Assembly: GCA_947630425.1 (NCBI GenBank)
Contig: CANRHN010000005.1
Coordinates: 1 to 54,954, forward strand
DNA from: an uncultured Clostridia bacterium
GTDB lineage: Bacteria; Bacillota; Clostridia; Christensenellales; CAG-314
DNA length: 54,954 nt
Direction: 5' to 3'
Position 1 is the stretch's first letter. The number at the start of each line of letters is the position of its first letter. The position numbers and the translations under genes are program-made. Below are positions 50,839-54,954 of the stretch, one piece after another. A model generated the notes under the pieces. The model had not been told where the DNA came from. It ran no database searches and saw only the letters and a list, made by a program, of their open reading frames with translations.

Positions 50839-50965
50839 TTGTTCAACTTGCCGCAAAAATATTTTGCAATTTTTCAAAAGCAGTTGAAATTAGTCGTCAA
50901 ATAAGTTACAATATGTAGTAGGCGGAGTTTAGGCTTCGCCCAAAACAAAACGGAGGAACACTCAA

Positions 50966-51376
50966 TTGATACAAGTAATTTACGGCGCAAAAGGCACAGG
51001 CAAAACAAAAATAATCGTAGACAGAGCAAACGAGTACGCGCGTGAAGCAAAGGGCGTGGTGGTGTACATCGATCGCACAAATCACCGCTTGCACGACTTA
51101 CATCGCAACATTCGCTTGGTGGACGCGTCCGCCTACGATCTGCACAGCCAGCACGACATTCTGTCCTTTATCAAGGGAATGTTAGCCGCAAACTTCGACA
51201 TAGAACAAATCTTTTTGGACGGCATAACGCGTCTTTTGGATTGCAACATCAGCGAGCTTCGCGAGCTTTACGATGGAATGGACGTCATTTCTCGCGATCA
51301 CGGCGTCAACTTCTGCATCACGGCAAGCGGTTCGCGCGAGGAGCTTCCGGACTTTATTGCCAAGTACGTAGATTGA
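50966..51376 (+). CDS. Small conserved P-loop protein
   Basis: GAKGTGKT Walker-A-like, IFLDG; SD GGAGG with TTG start. Confidence 0.75.
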   Translation: MIQVIYGAKGTGKTKIIVDRANEYAREAKGVVVYIDRTNHRLHDLHRNIRLVDASAYDLHSQHDILSFIKGMLAANFDIEQIFLDGITRLLDCNISELRELYDGMDVISRDHGVNFCITASGSREELPDFIAKYVD

Positions 51377-51561
51377 ATTTTTTCGCAGCACCCCGAGTTT
51401 TCGGGGTGATTTTTTGTTTGCGGCGGCGTTTACAACTGTCAGTTTCCCCTCAAAAACGTTGACACGCGCAAATTTGGTGTTATAATGTAAATAACAAATT
51501 GTCTCCATACGCGTTTGCGGTGAAGGAATTCGGGCATCCATTTCTTTTACGGGAGGAAAAT

Positions 51562-52380
51562 ATGAAAAAATTTTGGTCAATACTCTGTGCGGCGATACTG
51601 CTTGTTGTTTCGCTTTGCGCGCTTGCCGCATGCGGCGGTGTAAACGAGGTGGACGTGGACCGTCTGCTCAGAAAATGCAACTTTCACGACGAGATCCCTC
51701 TTGAGAAATTGCCTTCAACCTTGAATATCGACATCTCAAGCGACAGCTACTCGGTGTACGTACACGAAGTGGAGTATGGCACGGGTATAACGCTGGACTA
51801 CATAGAGGGCAAAAAGGGCACTGTAACCGCCACGCCCACAGTGGAAGGTGGCGCATTGAACGTTGTCATTGCGGAATCGGACAATGCCAAATCCGCCGAC
51901 AAAAACAGCTTTTTGGTTGTGGGAATTCCCGAATATCTGTTGAACAGACAGGCTGCGCAGAAATTGAACGTAACAGTCATCAGCCATTACGGCAACATTC
52001 AGATAGAGGAAATCGAGTACGCGAACAACGTTACCGCAGTCACCGACAAAGGCACGATATATGTCAACGACGGACATGCCGAATTGACAACGTTGACTTC
52101 CGACACGGGTGACATTTACGTAGAGACGGAAGGCGAAAAAGTCATTGTCACAACCGACAAGGGAAATGTGCGGTTCGACCTCACTGTCAAGGACGTCACC
52201 GTCACCACGGACAGCGGCAACATCAAGGGCACGATCGAACATCCGCAATATTGGTACGCCATAGACGCGCACTCCGACAAGGGCAAATGCAACCTCAACA
52301 AGCGTACAAGCACGGGAGAGTACAAACTGACGCTCTCAAGCAAAACAGGAAACATAAACATACGTTTTGACAACGATTAG
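51562..52380 (+). CDS. Lipoprotein with DUF4097-like beta-strand repeats
   Basis: Lipobox LAAC; repeated T/S-D-x-G-N/D-I motifs; promoter TTGACA-16-TATAAT at 51459-51486. Confidence 0.75.
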   Translation: MKKFWSILCAAILLVVSLCALAACGGVNEVDVDRLLRKCNFHDEIPLEKLPSTLNIDISSDSYSVYVHEVEYGTGITLDYIEGKKGTVTATPTVEGGALNVVIAESDNAKSADKNSFLVVGIPEYLLNRQAAQKLNVTVISHYGNIQIEEIEYANNVTAVTDKGTIYVNDGHAELTTLTSDTGDIYVETEGEKVIVTTDKGNVRFDLTVKDVTVTTDSGNIKGTIEHPQYWYAIDAHSDKGKCNLNKRTSTGEYKLTLSSKTGNINIRFDND

Positions 52381-52388
52381 GAACAACT

Positions 52389-52916
52389 ATGAACGTAATT
52401 GACATTATCTTTTTAATAACAATGGTGCTGTGCGTTGTGGTGGGCATATTCAAAGGACTCGTGCGGCAGATATTGACCATTTTGGGCATCATAACCGTTG
52501 CTTCGCTCACCGCAACTTTTGCCCCTTACGTGCAAGGCTGGTTTGCAAACGTAATTGCAAGCGAGGGCACGCGTAACGTCATTGCCATGATTGTTGCGGC
52601 ATTGCTGATTGCTGTGGTGTACGCTTTGGTGGCAATTCTTGTCACGCGCATTTTGCGCAAAATCAAGATATTCAAGCTGTTAGACAAGCTTCTCGGCGGC
52701 GTGTTGGGTTTTGTGGTGGTGTACCTTGTGTTTGCGGTAATTTTTGCTTTGTTCAACGACACGGGCGCAGAATTTATGTCTTTACTCAAAAAGGTTGCAG
52801 GCAAGAGCTTTGCGGAAAGTTGGGTAGGAAACCACATCTACGCCAACAACTTTTTCGGAAGGTGGATTATTGTTGACATCGCCCAAAAATTGCTAAACAG
52901 CGTTTCCGTAAAGTGA
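52389..52916 (+). CDS. CvpA family membrane protein
   Basis: IDII....GIFKGLVRQI, LDKLLGGVLG. Confidence 0.85.
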   Translation: MNVIDIIFLITMVLCVVVGIFKGLVRQILTILGIITVASLTATFAPYVQGWFANVIASEGTRNVIAMIVAALLIAVVYALVAILVTRILRKIKIFKLLDKLLGGVLGFVVVYLVFAVIFALFNDTGAEFMSLLKKVAGKSFAESWVGNHIYANNFFGRWIIVDIAQKLLNSVSVK

Positions 52917-52978
52917 CGACGCGCTTTTGTGCAAATAAACTTGACGGCGGCGGCTCTCTGTGGTAAACTTATTTTACT

Positions 52979-53095
52979 CGTGAGGGAGTAGTTCGCTATT
53001 GAATAGTTGTCGCACCCACATACCGAGCAATGCGCTCGGGTACGGCATTAAAGAACGAGACTTACGCAGACTTTTGTTTGCGTAGTCTTTTTTTT
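52979..53095 (+). ncRNA. yybP-ykoY (Mn2+) riboswitch with terminator
   Basis: GGGAGUAG...CGAGAC core; P1 cgtgag/cttacg overlaps the terminator 53058-53095; promoter TTGACG-17-TAAACT at 52941-52969; upstream of a cation antiporter and mntP. Confidence 0.85.
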
Positions 53096-53132
53096 ACAAA
53101 GGAGCAATTTTTTTCTGTTGCGGGAGTACAAT

Positions 53133-54215
53133 ATGTTGGCAGATTGGTTTGCGAATTTAATCAAAGATTGGCACATCGGCATTCAGCTTGCGCTGTTTGT
53201 TGTCGGCTTGGCTTTGGGCGTGTTTTGTCTGGTAAAGTTTTGCGACTACTTTGTGGACGCCGCGGGAGTGATTGCCCGAAAATTGCGCATTTCGCCGCTG
53301 ATTATCGGATTGACGATAGTCGCCATGGGCACTTCGCTGCCGGAATTGGCTGTGTCTGTTTCCGACGCGATTTCCTCCATAGGGGGAGAAAACGCCAACA
53401 TGGCGATAGGAAACGTGGTGGGTTCGAACATCTGCAACATTTTGCTTGTTTTGGGCTTTTCGGTGGTATTTACGCCGATAGTCGTCAAGCGAAGCGTCAA
53501 CCGTCGCGAAATTCCCATTTTGCTGTCCGTTACGGCGTTGATTGTCATTTTTATATGCTTGTTCGGCACACAACGCGCCGCGGATTTGCACGATATAGCC
53601 ATTACGCGTTGGGAAGGCATTGTGCTTACCGTCGGAATTGTTTTGTACGTAACTTATTTGGTGGTTATGGCAAAGCGTCACCCCGAAAACATAGAAATTG
53701 CCGAAGAAGCACAGGTAAAGGACATGCCTTGGTGGAAGGCGATTTTGTTGGTGCTGTTGGGCGCGGCGGGCGTGTTTTTGGGCGGACAACTTGTGGTTTT
53801 CGGCGCGCGCGGGCTGGCTCTTGAGGGGGCGAGTGCCTTTGGATTGGACAGAGATTTGTCCGAGTCGCTTGTCGGACTGACAATTGTGGCGGTGGGGACT
53901 TCGCTGCCCGAGTTGGTAACAAGCACCGTTGCCGCCAAAAAGGGAGAAAACGAGCTTGCGTTGGGCAACGTGATTGGCAGCAACATTTTTAACTCGCTGT
54001 TTGTGTTGGGATTGTCGGCAACCGTCAACCCGTTGCTGTCGAACACGCAGGTGTTGGTGGACGCTTTTGTGATGCTTGCGGTTACGGCGCTGCTGTTTGT
54101 TTTCTGTTTGGGCGGACAGTTGCGCAGATACCACGGTGTTGTTTTGCTCTGTTGCTACGGCGCTTATTTGGTGTACCTTGTTTTAAGAACGGTGTTGGGG
54201 TGGAGTGTAGCATGA
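53133..54215 (+). CDS. Calcium/sodium antiporter (CaCA, YrbG-like)
   Basis: Two alpha repeats GTSLPEL...GNV.GSNI. Confidence 0.92.
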   Translation: MLADWFANLIKDWHIGIQLALFVVGLALGVFCLVKFCDYFVDAAGVIARKLRISPLIIGLTIVAMGTSLPELAVSVSDAISSIGGENANMAIGNVVGSNICNILLVLGFSVVFTPIVVKRSVNRREIPILLSVTALIVIFICLFGTQRAADLHDIAITRWEGIVLTVGIVLYVTYLVVMAKRHPENIEIAEEAQVKDMPWWKAILLVLLGAAGVFLGGQLVVFGARGLALEGASAFGLDRDLSESLVGLTIVAVGTSLPELVTSTVAAKKGENELALGNVIGSNIFNSLFVLGLSATVNPLLSNTQVLVDAFVMLAVTALLFVFCLGGQLRRYHGVVLLCCYGAYLVYLVLRTVLGWSVA

Positions 54216-54805
54216 TTTGGGAACTGATTTTCGTAAGCCTCGGTTTGGGCGTGGGGTTGGCTATGGACGCCTGCGCGGTATCCATGAGCAACGGTCTGAA
54301 CGAACCCGAGATGAAAGTCGGCAAAGCATTGGGCATTGCCGGCGTTTTTGGGCTGTTTCAGGGAATTATGCCTATGATCGGTTGGCTGTGCGTCAGTTTG
54401 ATAGTGGAAGAGTTTGCCAAATTTGAGGCGTGGATACCCTACATTGCGTTGGTGCTTTTGGCAATTATCGGCGTCAAAATGATTTTTGACGGCGCGCGAA
54501 AAAGAAAAGAGGACGAAAAACCCGTCAAAAAACTTACTTTTGCCGTGGTTTTGGTACAGGCAATCGCCACATCCATAGACGCGCTTTCCACGGGCTTTTC
54601 GCTGGTAGACATTGCCGGCACGGTGTGGTGGATGGCGTTGATTTCCTCTTGCACGATTGCGTTGATTACTTTTGGCATCAGCGTTGGCGGCGTGTATCTC
54701 GGAAAAAGGTTCGGTTTGCGCTTGGGCAACAAGGCGCAGATTGTCGGCGGCTGCATTTTGATTGCAATCGGTTTGGAAATTTTCGTCACGGGAGTATTTT
54801 TCTGA
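54212..54805 (+). CDS. mntP: Manganese efflux pump
   Basis: GLAMDACAVS, FQGIMP, IATSIDAL, GG.ILIAIG. Confidence 0.92.
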   Translation: MIWELIFVSLGLGVGLAMDACAVSMSNGLNEPEMKVGKALGIAGVFGLFQGIMPMIGWLCVSLIVEEFAKFEAWIPYIALVLLAIIGVKMIFDGARKRKEDEKPVKKLTFAVVLVQAIATSIDALSTGFSLVDIAGTVWWMALISSCTIALITFGISVGGVYLGKRFGLRLGNKAQIVGGCILIAIGLEIFVTGVFF

Positions 54806-54852
54806 AAACATCCTTTTGTGTTCAAAATCGGAACATGGGGTAAAATTTTTAC

Positions 54853-54883
54853 AAAAAAGAGGCGCGCACGGCGCTTCTTTTTT
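54853..54883. terminator. Bidirectional intrinsic terminator
   Basis: aaaaaagaggcgc-gcacg-gcgcttctttttt. Confidence 0.8.
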
Positions 54884-54954
54884 GGCTCTATGTCAAATGT
54901 TGGGGTGTAGGTAATTTCTCCAACATATAATTGAGTTAGCTACTCCCTCTTCCT

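Noticed and set aside
54890-54954. Second yybP-ykoY riboswitch on the minus strand (GAGGGAGTAGC)
   Set aside because: It is truncated at the window edge, lacks the 3' GAGAC half, and points into a terminator with no gene behind it. It is more likely the end of a convergent gene.

Overview
This 55-kb chromosomal segment probably comes from a spore-forming Clostridia-class gut bacterium, inferred from the GerA/B/C operon, DegV genes, yycJ-rlmH-DUF951 cluster and DUF1385-prmC-prfA. Most of it is housekeeping: mscL, pepV, radC, gltX, uppP, ychF, rlmH, lepB, murC, rpmE, metNIQ, prmC, prfA and mntP. The accessory parts are an AT-rich LRR lipoprotein gene at the left end and a very large split surface lipoprotein. 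I found no rRNA, complete tRNA, CRISPR array, integrase or transposase. The most interesting signals are non-coding or very small: (1) a Met/Cys-rich leader peptide with competing terminator and antiterminator in front of metNIQ, suggesting ribosome-mediated attenuation instead of an S-box or T-box; (2) a ~160-nt promoter-to-terminator structured RNA with a 13-bp loop pairing ahead of the LRR gene; (3) tandem fold-back units ending in tRNA-Pro-3'-like sequence at the left edge; (4) two poly-G/C tracts placed like phase-variation switches, one causing a frameshift and one in a promoter spacer; (5) a preQ1-like riboswitch candidate ahead of a VUT transporter plus SDR; (6) a yybP-ykoY Mn riboswitch; (7) a DUF1385-PrmC fusion; (8) an unannotated 48-aa, 9-Cys microprotein. 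All family calls come from recognising motifs by eye; no database searches were run.
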